A stretch of 63,818 bases of DNA, counting the filler, from Acidimicrobiia bacterium (GTDB taxonomy: Bacteria > Actinomycetota > Acidimicrobiia > Spongiisociales > JAHEDJ01): NCBI GenBank assembly GCA_029210695.1. It is 3 parts of 3 records of this genome, joined end to end, with 100 filler letters (N's around TTAATTAATTAA, not from the genome) between each part and the next. Parts side by side here need not be neighbours in the genome. Positions count along the whole stretch, not along the records: positions 28,122 to 55,288 come from JARGFH010000051.1; 2 more parts are not named here. One strand, 5' to 3'. Positions 38,057-48,802 of this stretch are shown piece by piece. The stretch's first letter is position 1; each line of letters opens with the position of its first letter. The position numbers were made by a program, and so were the translations under genes. The notes below the pieces were generated by a model, which was not told where the DNA came from, made no database searches, and saw only the letters and a program-made list of their open reading frames with translations.

Positions 38057-38929
38057 ATGCAACTGCACCTCCTCGATGCTACCTATGAGCTGTTCCGTTC
38101 GTATTTCGGCAAACGTCCGTCGCGCGCTGCACCGGACGGTCGGGACGTGACTGCGGTGCACGGACTCATCGATTCGACCCTCAGCCTGCTGCGGGAGTCG
38201 GATGTGACCCACGTCGCCGCATTCTTCGACACCGTGATCACATCATTCCGTAACGATCTATACGACGGCTACAAGACGGGTGAAGGAGTGGCAGAAGAGC
38301 TGCTTGCCCAGTTCCCGTTGGCCGAACGCGCCCTCGAGGCGATCGGTGTCACGGTCTTTCGGATGCGGGAGTTCGAGGCCGACGATGGAATTGCCGCCGC
38401 AGCTCTCCGCTTCGTAGATGAAGTCGATCGGGTCGTGATCCTCAGTCCGGACAAGGATCTATGTCAGGTCGTTGAGGACAACAACATCGTCGCCTACGAC
38501 CGCCTGCGGCAGCGGCTACTCAATGAAGCCGGGGTCTGGGAGAAGTTCGGCGTTGCCCCCGAATCGATTCCCGACTACCTGGCCCTCGTCGGCGACAACG
38601 CAGACGGAATACCGGGGATCCCGGGTTGGGGCGGCAAGTCGGCCTCGACGCTGCTGGCCGAATACCGCCACATCGAGCACATTCCGACGGACGAGCGCAA
38701 ATGGAAGGTCGCGGTGCGAGGAGCGGCCAGACTCGCTGTGAATCTGCGTGACAACTTCGACGATGCCCGGCTCTTCCGGACGCTGACCACGTTGCGCTAC
38801 GACGTACCGATCCCCCATACTCTGGCCGATCTCGAATGGCAGGGCGCACCCCGGGAGCGTTTCACTTCGTTCTGCGAAGAAATGGGATTTGAGAGCCTGC
38901 AGGAGCGGCCACATCGCTGGGCTCCGTAG
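38057..38929 (+). CDS. Stand-alone 5'-3' exonuclease / flap endonuclease (Pol I N-terminal-like)
   Basis: LLDATYELFR, SFRNDLYDGYK, EADD, DKDL and H3TH LVGDNADGIPGIPGWG. Confidence 0.92.
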   Translation: MQLHLLDATYELFRSYFGKRPSRAAPDGRDVTAVHGLIDSTLSLLRESDVTHVAAFFDTVITSFRNDLYDGYKTGEGVAEELLAQFPLAERALEAIGVTVFRMREFEADDGIAAAALRFVDEVDRVVILSPDKDLCQVVEDNNIVAYDRLRQRLLNEAGVWEKFGVAPESIPDYLALVGDNADGIPGIPGWGGKSASTLLAEYRHIEHIPTDERKWKVAVRGAARLAVNLRDNFDDARLFRTLTTLRYDVPIPHTLADLEWQGAPRERFTSFCEEMGFESLQERPHRWAP

Positions 38930-38967
38930 TCCTGCGTCTGAGTAGCGGGCACCAGGGATCGCTTGGG

Positions 38968-39732
38968 TCAGACCCCGTGGAGTGGGGAGGGTGCGGGAGA
39001 TCGGTACCAGTAGTCGTATCCGAACGTGAATCCCATCGACTCGTAGAGTTGCCAGGCTGCAGTGTTCTCGTGCATGACCTGGAGGTAGGCGAGCGAGGCG
39101 CCCTGGTCGATCCCCCACGCCATCAAGGATTCGGACATCCGTCGTGCCAGGCCCCTGCGCCGAAACGCCGGTTTGGTTGACACACTGAAGACTCCCAGGA
39201 GTTCACCGTCGGCGACTCCGAGCCCCGTTGCGACGACGGTCGAACCTTCACGAATCACCGCGAAAGCCGTCGCCGGTTCGATCAGGTTGAGTGTCTGCGA
39301 GAGCGTGGCGCGCCGCCCGGACATATACGGATTGCTGTCCACCAACTCATCAAGCCACTCCTGAGTGAATCGGGAGGTGATGCTCACTTCCACGCGGCCT
39401 CCCGGCTGCAACGGCCGAACCAGGACGCCGGTGCGGTCCTGGAACCGATACCCGCGCCCGTCCAATTCAGCGTCCAGCTCTTCTGGAGATGATCGATGGG
39501 TCATCCGAAAGCTGGGCGGCCAGTCCCTGTCGGCGTACCACTCCTCGGCCGACGCGACCTTCGCGGCAAGCGGGGTGCCATCGTGTTCCAGCGCTTGCAC
39601 CGAGTTGGCCCGGCGTGCCTGCCCATTCGCGTAACGCAGGATCCAACCACCCAGATCAGTTTCCTCGAGCGCAGGGAAGGCCCGCAGTGCAGCCCGTTCG
39701 ATTGCATCGGCTGTAGTGTTGGTGACAGGCAT
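38968..39732 (-). CDS. GNAT family N-acetyltransferase
   Basis: GGWILR..RRANSV, FRRRGLAR, AYLQV..N..AWQLYESMGF. Start approximate. Confidence 0.88.
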   Translation of the reverse strand: MPVTNTTADAIERAALRAFPALEETDLGGWILRYANGQARRANSVQALEHDGTPLAAKVASAEEWYADRDWPPSFRMTHRSSPEELDAELDGRGYRFQDRTGVLVRPLQPGGRVEVSITSRFTQEWLDELVDSNPYMSGRRATLSQTLNLIEPATAFAVIREGSTVVATGLGVADGELLGVFSVSTKPAFRRRGLARRMSESLMAWGIDQGASLAYLQVMHENTAAWQLYESMGFTFGYDYWYRSPAPSPLHGV

Positions 39733-39804
39733 TGTGTTGACAGTTAACCGCATTTTGACCGGCACGTATCCGACACGCCAAACTCGGAGGCGAGGAGGTT
39801 CTGC

Positions 39805-40200
39805 ATGAGCGAGCATCGGAATATCGAGCGGGTCAAACGCGAGTATCAGGCGTTCGCAGAGGACAACTTCGAGGGCCTGTCCGAACTCTTCTCCGAGGAC
39901 GCCATCTGGCACGTCAACGGCGATACACCGCTGGCCGGTGACCACATCGGTCGCCAGAACATCGTCGAGTTCCTGCGAAAGCTTGCCCACGATACGCACG
40001 ACTCGTTCATGATCGAGGTGCACGACATACTCGCCAACGACCTCCACACCGTTGTGCTGGCCCACATGACCGTCGATCGCGACGGCGAGCTCTACACAGC
40101 CGACGAGGTGCACGTCTTCTGCATGAACGACGAGGGGCTCATCACCGAAGCGTGGGGGTTCACTTCCGAGCCCGACGGCCGCGGCCAGTTCTGGTTCTAG
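39805..40200 (+). CDS. SnoaL/NTF2-like protein
   Basis: FSEDAIWHVNG..PLAGDHIG, EVHDILAND and QFW; GAGGAGG RBS. Confidence 0.85.
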   Translation: MSEHRNIERVKREYQAFAEDNFEGLSELFSEDAIWHVNGDTPLAGDHIGRQNIVEFLRKLAHDTHDSFMIEVHDILANDLHTVVLAHMTVDRDGELYTADEVHVFCMNDEGLITEAWGFTSEPDGRGQFWF

Positions 40201-40223
40201 TCGCCCGCCGCACTCCTCCGCTG

Positions 40224-42791
40224 CTAGCCGAACTCCAGCCCATCCTCGCCGGCGTCCACTTTGACTGTGTCGCCGTCGGTGAAGGCTCCCTCGAGCAGCT
40301 TGACGGCGAGGGGGTCGCCGATCGATTTCTGCACGAGTCGCTTCAGTGGTCGAGCCCCGAAGCTCGGGTCGTAGCCGTGCTCGGCCAGCCAGTCGAGGGC
40401 AGCTTCGGTCAGTTCGAGGCCGATGCGACGCTCTTCGAGGCGGCGCCGCAGATGTCCGATCTGGATTTCGGCGATCGAGCGGATCTCCTCCCGGCTGAGC
40501 CGGTGGAATACGATCAACTCGTCGACGCGGTTGATGAACTCTGGTCGGAAGTGCTGGTGGACCACCTCGAGGACCCGCTCCTCGACGACCTCCTCGGGAA
40601 GACCGGGATCGATCAGTTCTGAGCCCAGGTTCGACGTCATGACCAGCACCGCGTTGGTGAAATCGACGGTGCGTCCCTGACCGTCGGTCAACCGGCCATC
40701 GTCGAGTAACTGGAGCAGGACGTTGAATACGTCCCGGTGCGCTTTCTCGATCTCGTCGAGGAGGATCACCGAATACGGGCGTCGGCGGACGGCTTCCGTG
40801 AGCTGACCACCTTCCTCGTAGCCGACGTACCCCGGTGGGGCGCCGATCAACCTGCTCACCGTGTGCTTCTCCATGTACTCCGACATGTCGATGCGGACCA
40901 TGGCCCGTTCGTCGTCGAAGAGGAACTCGGCGAGAGCCCGTGCCAGTTCCGTCTTGCCGACGCCGGTCGGGCCGAGGAACACAAAGGATCCGATTGGGCG
41001 GTTGGGGTCGGACAGGCGGGCACGGCTGCGGCGGATAGCGTTCGATACCGCGGTCACGGCCTCGTCCTGGCCGATCACTCGTTCGTGGAGGTGCTGTTCG
41101 AGCCGGATCAGTTTCTGGGTCTCGCCCTCCAGTAGGCGCGAAACGGGGACGCCGGTCCAGCGGCCGACGACCTCTGCCACATCGTTGTCGGTCACCTCTT
41201 CGGAGAGCATCCGTGTATCGCTTTGGAGGTCATCGAGGGCGGTCTGACGGGCCTCTAGGGAAGCATTCAGTTCACGCAGCCGTCCATATCGCAGTTCTGC
41301 TGCCTTCTCGAGGTCACCTTCGCGCTCGGCGCGTCCGGCCTCGGCTCGAGCCGCTTCGATCTGTTGCTTGAGAGAACGTACCTCCTCGATCGACGCCTTC
41401 TCGCGATTCCAGTGGGCCTTGAGCCGGTCGCTCTCCTCTGAGAGGTTGGCCAGGTCTTGTTCGATTGAGGCGAGGCGTTGCAGCGAGGCGTTGTCCTCTT
41501 CTTTCTGCAAGGCGGTGCGTTCGATCTCGAGTTGCTTGATGCGCCGCTCGAGGTCGTCGATCTCTTCCGGCATGGAATCGATTTCGATACGCAGGCGGGA
41601 TCCCGCTTCGTCGATCAGGTCGATCGCCTTGTCCGGCAGATTACGTGCGGTGATGTAGCGATCGGAGAGGATCGAGGCGGCTACCAGCGCGGCGTCGGTG
41701 ATGCGGACCCCGTGGTGTACCTCGTAGCGTTCCTTGAGCCCCCGCAGAATGCCAACGGTGTCTTCGACTGAGGGGGGTTCGACCATGACCGGTTGGAAGC
41801 GCCGCTCGAGTGCTGCATCCTTCTCGACGTACTTCCGGAACTCGTCGAGGGTGGTTGCACCGATCATCCGCAGTTCACCTCTGGCGAGCATGGGCTTCAG
41901 CATGTTGGAGGCATCCATGGAGCCTTCGGCCGCACCGGCGCCCACGATCGTGTGCATCTCGTCGATGAACGTGATGACCGAGCCTTCGGCGGCGGCGATC
42001 TCGGTCAGGACGGCTTTGAGGCGCTCCTCGAATTCACCGCGGTACTTCGCCCCGGCGACCATGGCCCCGAGGTCGAGGGCCACGATGCGCTTGGTCTTCA
42101 GGCCTTCGGGGACGTCTCCGTCTGCGATCCGTTGAGCGAGACCTTCGACAATGGCGGTCTTGCCAACGCCGGGTTCTCCGATCAGCACCGGGTTGTTCTT
42201 GGTCCGGCGCGAGAGAACCTGGATGACACGCCGGATCTCGTCGTCGCGTCCGATCACCGGGTCAAGTTTCTGTGCTCTGGCTGAGGCGGTGAGATCGCGC
42301 CCGTATTGCTCCAGCGCATTGAAGGCCGATTCGGGATCGGTGCTGGTGACGCGCTGGTTGCCGCGGATCTCGGTGAGGGCGGCGAGCATGGCATCCCGCG
42401 TGGCTCCCAAGCCTCGCAATGCGCCTCCGACCGGGCCCCTGGCAGCCGCCATCGCCAGCAGCAAGTGCTCGACGCTGACGTAGTCGTCTTTGAAGCTGAT
42501 GCGCTGTTCGTCTGCTTCTTCGAAGAGCTGCAGCGACGCTTTCGAAAGGTGTGGTTCCTCTCCGCCGTACACGCTCGGCAGTCCCGCCAGCAGGTATTCG
42601 AGGTTTTTCTTGAGTTCGGCCGGTGCCGCCCCGACCCGGTCGAGCAGTGGGTAGACGATGCCGTCCGTCTGGCCGAGGAGTGCACTGAGGATATGGGCGG
42701 GTTCGACGTACTGGTGATGTCGCGATGTCGCGATGGCCTTGCCGTCGAGAATGCTGCGTTGGGTTGCGTTGGTGAGTCGTTCGAAGTTCAT
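40224..42791 (-). CDS. clpB: ATP-dependent chaperone ClpB
   Basis: Clp-N domain, [17 protein letters not shown], coiled-coil M domain, GPTGVGKTE and [11 protein letters not shown]. Confidence 0.97.
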   Translation of the reverse strand: MNFERLTNATQRSILDGKAIATSRHHQYVEPAHILSALLGQTDGIVYPLLDRVGAAPAELKKNLEYLLAGLPSVYGGEEPHLSKASLQLFEEADEQRISFKDDYVSVEHLLLAMAAARGPVGGALRGLGATRDAMLAALTEIRGNQRVTSTDPESAFNALEQYGRDLTASARAQKLDPVIGRDDEIRRVIQVLSRRTKNNPVLIGEPGVGKTAIVEGLAQRIADGDVPEGLKTKRIVALDLGAMVAGAKYRGEFEERLKAVLTEIAAAEGSVITFIDEMHTIVGAGAAEGSMDASNMLKPMLARGELRMIGATTLDEFRKYVEKDAALERRFQPVMVEPPSVEDTVGILRGLKERYEVHHGVRITDAALVAASILSDRYITARNLPDKAIDLIDEAGSRLRIEIDSMPEEIDDLERRIKQLEIERTALQKEEDNASLQRLASIEQDLANLSEESDRLKAHWNREKASIEEVRSLKQQIEAARAEAGRAEREGDLEKAAELRYGRLRELNASLEARQTALDDLQSDTRMLSEEVTDNDVAEVVGRWTGVPVSRLLEGETQKLIRLEQHLHERVIGQDEAVTAVSNAIRRSRARLSDPNRPIGSFVFLGPTGVGKTELARALAEFLFDDERAMVRIDMSEYMEKHTVSRLIGAPPGYVGYEEGGQLTEAVRRRPYSVILLDEIEKAHRDVFNVLLQLLDDGRLTDGQGRTVDFTNAVLVMTSNLGSELIDPGLPEEVVEERVLEVVHQHFRPEFINRVDELIVFHRLSREEIRSIAEIQIGHLRRRLEERRIGLELTEAALDWLAEHGYDPSFGARPLKRLVQKSIGDPLAVKLLEGAFTDGDTVKVDAGEDGLEFG

Positions 42792-42842
42792 GGTTGTCTC
42801 TCTACAGGGAAACCGCTGGGTAAGCGTTTCCATTCCAGGAAA

Positions 42843-42863
42843 TCTAAGTCACATGCTATCAGA
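42843..42863. promoter_or_regulatory. Degenerate HspR operator (HAIR) upstream of clpB
   Basis: TCTAAGT-N7-TATCAGA versus consensus CTTGAGT-N7-ACTCAAG. Confidence 0.4.
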
Positions 42864-42878
42864 TTTGAGGAGGATGCC

Positions 42879-43368
42879 ATCGAGGGAAAGACACCGGCCC
42901 AATCAGCCTCAACCGTCACCCTGGTGATGCAGTTGCTGCATGCCAACTCGGCCGGATTCATCCACGGCGGCGAGATCATGAAACTGGTCGAATACGACCG
43001 CCGGTGTGGCGTCGATGCGGCACTGCAACGGTCGGGTGGTCACCGTTGAGGTCGACTCGCTCACGTTCCTGGCGCCTGTGCATATCGGTGAACTCGTCAC
43101 GTTGAACGCGGTGGTTACCCAGGCGTGGCGGTCGTCGATGGAGGTCGAAGTTGACGTGTGGAGAGAGGACCCGAGGACGGGCGATCGAGAGCAAACGACC
43201 ACCGCCTACCTGACCATGGTGGCGGTTGATGAGAGGGGGCGGCCCGTACCGGTCCCGCCGCTCATTGCAGACACAGAGGATGATGTCAGGCGTCAGCGGG
43301 CCGCCGACGTCCGTCGCGAGGAACGCATTCGGATTCGAAAACGACTCGAGGACGAAGCTCAGTCCTGA
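42879..43368 (+). pseudogene. Acyl-CoA thioesterase (YciA-like hotdog fold), frameshifted
   Basis: ANSAGFIHGGEIMKLV in one frame, then TTAGVASMRH..VVTVEVDSLTFLAPV..SSMEV in another; extra A at GAAT 42990-42993. Confidence 0.8.
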
Positions 43369-43414
43369 TCTGCGAGATCGTTTATGCCGGTCGACTTCAG
43401 CGAAACATGGCCGG

Positions 43415-43804
43415 CTAGCCCAGCATCAACTCCAGGCGGCGGTTGACTGCGTCGAGGACGGCGCGAGCTGTGGCTTTGGCCGGGTCGTTCTCCCTGATGA
43501 CGGCGCTGCCTACGAGCGAGTCGAGTGATCCTTCCAGCCTGACTTCGGCGATGGCCACGCGAGCGGTCCCCAGGTCTGTGGTGGCGACGCCGCTCAGGTC
43601 GAGGCGGGTGCCGTCACCGATGATCCGTTCGACGGCACGCAGGGTCGCCTCGCCGACAAGCCGGGGCCTTGCAGTTTCCTGGGACGAGCCGATCGAATCC
43701 CCGTCGTAGGGGATGTCGTTCCAGGCTAGAACGATACGAACCCGTGCCTCGTTGTCGGTCACCTGCTCATCGAGCATGGCCAGTGCGGGACGCTGGAATC
43801 TCAT
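43415..43804 (-). CDS. Hypothetical protein
   Basis: GEATLRAVE...LVGSAVIREND..ATARAVLDAVNRRL. Confidence 0.65.
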   Translation of the reverse strand: MRFQRPALAMLDEQVTDNEARVRIVLAWNDIPYDGDSIGSSQETARPRLVGEATLRAVERIIGDGTRLDLSGVATTDLGTARVAIAEVRLEGSLDSLVGSAVIRENDPAKATARAVLDAVNRRLELMLG

Positions 43805-43841
43805 AACGGCAACGGTAGCGCGTTGAGACCGTCGTGGCATC

Positions 43842-45308
43842 TCATGCGGGCACCGATCGTGCGCTTGCCCATCGGCGTAGCGCCGAGATCTCCTCTGCCC
43901 TGGCGACCGAGAGGGGGACGGTGCTCTGCATTTCGATGGCGATGTCACGGGTCGCCATGTCCCGGTCTTTGGCGAACGCCCGGTAGAGGGCTCCGACTAC
44001 TGCCGCTTCGATCTCGGCGCCGGAGAACCCATCAGACAGCCGGGTGAGTGCAACGAGGTCGAAGGCTTCGGGGTTCCGGCCGCGTTCGGTGAGGTGCACT
44101 CCGAGAATTGCTGTCCGGGCGTCGTCGTTGGGGAGGTCGACGAAGAAGATCTCATCGAACCGACCTTTGCGGAGGAGTTCCGGTGGAAGGCTCGAGACGT
44201 CGTTGGCTGTGGCCACCAGGAACACGCCGTCCGGCCGATCCTGCATCCACCGCAAGAAGGTGCCGAGCAACCTCCGGCTGACCCCGCCGTCACCATCCCC
44301 GGAGGTGGCGAGGCCCTTCTCGATCTCGTCGATCCACAAGACGACGGGAGCCATTGCATCGACCGAGTCGAGGGCACGGGCGAGGCGCTGTTCCGACTCG
44401 CCGATGTACTTTCCGTAGAGCCGGGACGGGTCGAGGAGTACGAGCGGAAGCCCCCAGGCCGCCGCCACCTTCTTGGCGATCAGGGATTTCCCGCAACCGG
44501 GTACACCGGTGAGGAGGACGCCGCGCGGGTCATCGATGCCCAATGAGGCGGTACCGGCTGCTCTGGCGCGCCCCCGTATCTCCAACCACTGTTTGAGCGA
44601 CGCCATCCCACCAACGTCGTCGAAGCCGCCCCTGGTTGCCTCGACGAGTTCGAGTGTGCCGTCTGTAGTGAACATGGCTGCTTTGGCGACCCTGACCTTC
44701 GTCAGGTCGGATGAGTCGACCACGCCGTCGTCGGACGCCGCCCGGTGCAGCAGACGATCGGCCTCCGACAGGGTCAGGCCCGCCACCGCCTCCACGAGAC
44801 CGGTGACGTCTTCGGGGATCAAGTCGACCCGGATCCCGGCTCGACGGAAGGTGGCGAGCGCCCGGTCGACCAGATCGGCCATTTCAGCGCGCCCGGGCGG
44901 CCGCAGTTGCCACACATGCGCCAGTGATTCGAGTTCGGCCGGCACCTCGTGGTTGGGTCCGGTCAGGATGAGGGTCTGGCCGGGCACGGCTTCCTGGCAG
45001 ACTTCCTTGAGCCGGCGAACCACCATGTCGTCGCGCAGGATCGTGTGGGCATCCGCGAAGACGAAGACCGACGGCGACCGGATATCCTCGACAAACGAGA
45101 GTGCCTGGTGGGGATCGACCGTCCCGTACATGGCCTCCGCCCCGTCCCGGGTCAGGCCGCGCGTCGACGACCAGACCCACAGCGGGCTGGCGAGCTCGCC
45201 GGCCAGCTGGCGGATGATGCCCAGCAGTCGCGGTTCCTCCTGGGTTTCCACCATCAGCAGCGGAAACTGGGAGGCGAGCAGGACGCGGAGATCGGCAACA
45301 CTGTCCAT
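43842..45308 (-). CDS. Ycf46-like AAA+ ATPase
   Basis: ETQEEPR, DVGGMASLK, GVPGCGKS, LWIDEIEK, ATAN and LLRKGRFDEIFFVDLP. Confidence 0.9.
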   Translation of the reverse strand: MDSVADLRVLLASQFPLLMVETQEEPRLLGIIRQLAGELASPLWVWSSTRGLTRDGAEAMYGTVDPHQALSFVEDIRSPSVFVFADAHTILRDDMVVRRLKEVCQEAVPGQTLILTGPNHEVPAELESLAHVWQLRPPGRAEMADLVDRALATFRRAGIRVDLIPEDVTGLVEAVAGLTLSEADRLLHRAASDDGVVDSSDLTKVRVAKAAMFTTDGTLELVEATRGGFDDVGGMASLKQWLEIRGRARAAGTASLGIDDPRGVLLTGVPGCGKSLIAKKVAAAWGLPLVLLDPSRLYGKYIGESEQRLARALDSVDAMAPVVLWIDEIEKGLATSGDGDGGVSRRLLGTFLRWMQDRPDGVFLVATANDVSSLPPELLRKGRFDEIFFVDLPNDDARTAILGVHLTERGRNPEAFDLVALTRLSDGFSGAEIEAAVVGALYRAFAKDRDMATRDIAIEMQSTVPLSVARAEEISALRRWASARSVPA

Positions 45309-45357
45309 AGCGGGCATTATCGGCAGCTTGACCTCTCTCCTCGAGCACAATGGGATT

Positions 45358-45771
45358 GTGCGACGCTTCGAGATACTGCCACATACCGCCGACGTTGCCG
45401 TTGCGGTCTACGGAGAGTCTGTGTCCGACCTCTTCGCCAACGCCGCTTCCGCGTTGTTCGAGCTGATGTTCGAGATGGATTCGCCTCGGCTCGGGCCGAC
45501 GGTCCGGGTCGAAGCGACGGGCGACGGCCTCGAAGAGCTGTTGGTGGCGTGGTTATCGGAGCTGCTGGCGATCGCCGAGGTCGACGGCGTTGCCCTCGCC
45601 GATTTCGAAGTGACCGTCACCGGTGACAACAAGGCGGCCGGTTCGGCAACTGCGATACCGGTCGAGGACCTGGTGATGGCCGGCACGCCGATCAAGGCGG
45701 TCACCTACCACGAGCTTCGAGTGCGGGAGGTCGGGGGCATCTGGACGGCGACCATCGTGTTCGACGTGTGA
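45358..45771 (+). CDS. Archease (RtcB activator)
   Basis: FEILPHTADV, LLVAWLSEL, IKAVTYH and C-terminal FDV. Confidence 0.92.
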   Translation: MRRFEILPHTADVAVAVYGESVSDLFANAASALFELMFEMDSPRLGPTVRVEATGDGLEELLVAWLSELLAIAEVDGVALADFEVTVTGDNKAAGSATAIPVEDLVMAGTPIKAVTYHELRVREVGGIWTATIVFDV

Positions 45772-45871
45772 GACACTCGCGATTCGATTCTGGCATCCCG
45801 GCGGCTGATGTCATTGCGTAAGCAATTCGGGCCGGGAGCAGATCAGCGGTGCAGTGGAAAGCTAACCTGCG

Positions 45872-46285
45872 GTGGGAAAAAGCAAAAGAGGGAGTCCCAC
45901 CTTGTTGAAAGAGTTCAAAGAGTTTGCGATGAGGCCAACGCTCATCGAGATCGCCGTCGGCCTGATCATGGCCGTCGCGCTGGGCGCGTTGGTCAACGCA
46001 CTGGTCGAGTTCATTGTCATGCCGATTGTCGGCATCATCTTCGGTGAGCCGACATTCGATTCCGTGCTGGTCCTCACGATCAACGATTCGATGATCCGGG
46101 TGGGTTCGTTTCTGACCGCGGTCGTGAAGTTCGTCTCGATCGCGGCCGCCGTGTTCTTCTTCATCATCAAGCCTTACCAGGCCTACCTGATGAAGAAGGG
46201 TCCCGCTGAAGAACCAGAAGCCGAAGCCGATCCCGAGGAACTCGTCCTGCTGCGTGAGATCCGCGACGCGCTGAGAACTCGCTAG
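45872..46285 (+). CDS. mscL: Large-conductance mechanosensitive channel
   Basis: [23 protein letters not shown] and LLREIRDAL. Confidence 0.92.
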   Translation: MGKSKRGSPTLLKEFKEFAMRPTLIEIAVGLIMAVALGALVNALVEFIVMPIVGIIFGEPTFDSVLVLTINDSMIRVGSFLTAVVKFVSIAAAVFFFIIKPYQAYLMKKGPAEEPEAEADPEELVLLREIRDALRTR

Positions 46286-46301
46286 ATACCCAAGATGCTC
46301 G

Positions 46302-46331
46302 GAGGCCGGCGGGGAGTGCCCCGCCGGCCTC
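46302..46331. terminator. Hairpin between mscL and rtcB
   Basis: GAGGCCGGCGGGG-AGTG-CCCCGCCGGCCTC. Confidence 0.65.
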
Positions 46332-46349
46332 GACGCGTACGCTTGGGCT

Positions 46350-47774
46350 ATGACATTGGTCCGCTCCTCCGACGTTGTGTGGGACCTGACTCGCGGACCG
46401 GGGATGCGGGTTCCCGGGCGGGTCTTCGCCTCTGAATCGCTGATGCTGAAGGTGAAGGAAGACCGGGCACTTCAGCAGGTCGAGAACGTGGCGCATCTGC
46501 CGGGCATCGTCGGCCATTCGATGGCTATGCCGGACATCCATTGGGGGTACGGCTTCCCGATCGGGGGAGTGGCCGCCACCGACGTGGCGAGCGACGGAGT
46601 CGTCTCGCCCGGTGGGGTCGGGTTCGACATCTGCTGTGGCGTGAGGTTGCTCGCTTCGGGTTTCGATGAGGCCGACTTCCTGGCCAGGCGGAGTGAGCTG
46701 ATGGCCGAACTAGACCGGAGGATTCCCCGTGGACTCGGGAAAGGCGCCATCGCTGATGCCGGTCTGCTGCGCCGCACGCTGACCGGCGGCGCCGCCACGG
46801 TCCTGGAGGCGGGCTACGGATGGTCGTCGGATCTCGACAGGTGCGAGGAGCGGGGCACGTCTGCCGGAGCTGACGCCACAGCGATCAGCAGTCGGGCGTT
46901 GGAGAGGGGTGGAGGGCAGCTCGGATCGTTGGGCTCGGGAAATCACTTCCTCGAGGTGCAGGTCGTGGATGAGATCCTGGATATGGCGGCCGCCATCGCC
47001 TTCGGTTTGGCCCCCGGCATGGTTTTGGTGATGATCCACTGCGGCAGTCGCGGCCTCGGCCACCAGACGTGTACCGATCAGCTCAAGCTGATGGGTTTTG
47101 CCATGAACCGCTACGGGATCGAGGTCCCCGATCGGCAGCTCGCCTGTGTTCCGGTTCGCTCCCCGGAAGGTGAGCAGTACCTGGCGGCGATGGCTGCGTC
47201 CGCCAACTTCGCCTGGGCTAATCGTCACGTCCTCGCCCATGAGGCCAGGAGGGGCTTCGCCGCCGCCTTCGGCGTTTCGGTCGAACGGACCGGGATGCAA
47301 CTCATCTACGACGTGGCCCACAATCTGGCCAAGCTCGAGCAGCACGAGATCGGCGGGGCGACGCGGCTGCTGTGTGTGCATCGCAAGGGAGCCACCAGGG
47401 CTTTCGGGCCGGGCCATCCCGACCTACCGGAGGATCTGCGTGGTGTCGGTCAGCCGGTCCTGGTGCCGGGCAGCATGGGAACCGCCTCCTGGGTGCTGCG
47501 CGGCCTGGCCGGCAACCCGGCCTTCGCCTCGGCCGCCCACGGCGCCGGCCGGTTGATGAGTCGCAAGCAGGCGAAGCGGCAGGAGACGGGCCACCGGGTG
47601 ATGGACGGCCTCGAGGCAAAGGGAATCTCGGTGCGACCCGGTTCGGTCGGACTCCTCAGCGAAGAGGCCCCCTACGCCTACAAAGACGTCGACGAAGTGG
47701 CGCGGGTGTGCGAGGTGGCCGGCCTGGCCAACCGGGTGGCCAGACTCCGCCCGCTGGGGGTGGTCAAGGGCTAG
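46350..47774 (+). CDS. rtcB: RNA ligase RtcB (long, archaeal-like form)
   Basis: [58 protein letters not shown] and EEAPYAYK. Confidence 0.96.
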   Translation: MTLVRSSDVVWDLTRGPGMRVPGRVFASESLMLKVKEDRALQQVENVAHLPGIVGHSMAMPDIHWGYGFPIGGVAATDVASDGVVSPGGVGFDICCGVRLLASGFDEADFLARRSELMAELDRRIPRGLGKGAIADAGLLRRTLTGGAATVLEAGYGWSSDLDRCEERGTSAGADATAISSRALERGGGQLGSLGSGNHFLEVQVVDEILDMAAAIAFGLAPGMVLVMIHCGSRGLGHQTCTDQLKLMGFAMNRYGIEVPDRQLACVPVRSPEGEQYLAAMAASANFAWANRHVLAHEARRGFAAAFGVSVERTGMQLIYDVAHNLAKLEQHEIGGATRLLCVHRKGATRAFGPGHPDLPEDLRGVGQPVLVPGSMGTASWVLRGLAGNPAFASAAHGAGRLMSRKQAKRQETGHRVMDGLEAKGISVRPGSVGLLSEEAPYAYKDVDEVARVCEVAGLANRVARLRPLGVVKG

Positions 47775-47876
47775 CCGCGAATAGTTCCTCCGAAGGTGAA
47801 TGGTCGTGGTTGCTAGGGACACTGAGAGCGACCGCGTTTCGGACGCTTCAGCGAGCGAAGCGGAGTGGAGAACGGT

Positions 47877-48023
47877 GCTCTTGTCGGTCCCCCCTTTGGG
47901 GGGAAGGTGCCGCCGCCGGCAGGCGGGGGTAGGGGGGCTCTGTTGGCAAAGCGGCTCTTGTCGGTCCCCCCTTTGGGGGGAAGGTGCCGCCGCCGGCAGG
48001 CGGGGGTAGGGGGGCTCTTGTCG
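47877..48023. repeat. Two identical 65-nt REP-like direct repeats (period 77) plus the start of a third
   Basis: GCTCTTGTCGGTCCCCCCTTTGGGGGGAAGGTGCCGCCGCCGGCAGGCGGGGGTAGGGGGGCTCT at 47877 and 47954. Confidence 0.9.
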
Positions 48024-48252
48024 CGGCAGCAGGCTTCCGCCCCCGGATCCCACGACACAACCCCTTCCGGGTTGTCTATCAGGTGAACTGCCAGATGCTG
48101 CAGGGCGGAGGGGGCGCCGAGGCAGAAGAAGACGCCCCCCTCGCCCCTCTCGGGGCACTCCCCCACAATCCTGTGCGAGGAGAATGCGAAAGGAGCCGTA
48201 ACATACGATTCTCCGACTACAGCTATACCGTCCGCACCGATACCGTTGTCGA

Positions 48253-48735
48253 ATGGACCGAACAACGTTTCAGGAAATCGACCCGCGCGTCACCCACTGG
48301 TTGGCCGAACACGGTCTGCTGTTCCTAAGAATCAGCATTGGCGTGATCTTCTTCTGGTTCGGGGTGCTCAAGTTCTGGCCGGGATTGAGCCCCGCAGACC
48401 AACTCGCTACAGATACGATCTACAAGCTCTCGTTCGGATTGATGCCGGACGACCTCGCCAGGATCTTGCTCGCAATCCTCGAGACTGCGATAGGTATCGG
48501 GCTCATCACGGGCAAGCTAATGCGACTGACGTTGCTGATGCTCGTGGGCCAGATGCTCGGGACGGTGACGCCGCTGGTCCTGTTCCCCGACGTGACGTGG
48601 TCCGGGCTTCTCGTGCCGACGCTCGAGGGTCAGTACATCCTCAAGAACGTGGTGCTGGTGTCGGCCGCCCTCACGATCGGAGCGACGGTGCGCGGAGGCG
48701 GACTCACCGACGATCCTGAGATCCTCCACGCTTGA
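48253..48735 (+). CDS. DoxX/YkgB-like membrane protein
   Basis: LRISIGVIFFWFGVLKF.PGLSPA and PTLEGQYILKN. Confidence 0.85.
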   Translation: MDRTTFQEIDPRVTHWLAEHGLLFLRISIGVIFFWFGVLKFWPGLSPADQLATDTIYKLSFGLMPDDLARILLAILETAIGIGLITGKLMRLTLLMLVGQMLGTVTPLVLFPDVTWSGLLVPTLEGQYILKNVVLVSAALTIGATVRGGGLTDDPEILHA

Positions 48736-48737
48736 TG

Positions 48738-48789
48738 GTTTCTCAGCAATGCTGTGTATCGAAAACCGACCACTGCATTGCGGAGAAAC
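48738..48789. repeat. 52-nt palindromic element related to the 50-nt family
   Basis: GTTTCTCAGCAATGC...GCATTGCGGAGAAAC between convergent doxX and hspR. Confidence 0.6.
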
Positions 48790-48802
48790 TCTGGTACCTC
48801 TG

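Noticed and set aside
47877..48023. Direct repeats as a CRISPR array
   Set aside because: Only two 65-nt units with a 12-nt spacer and no cas genes.
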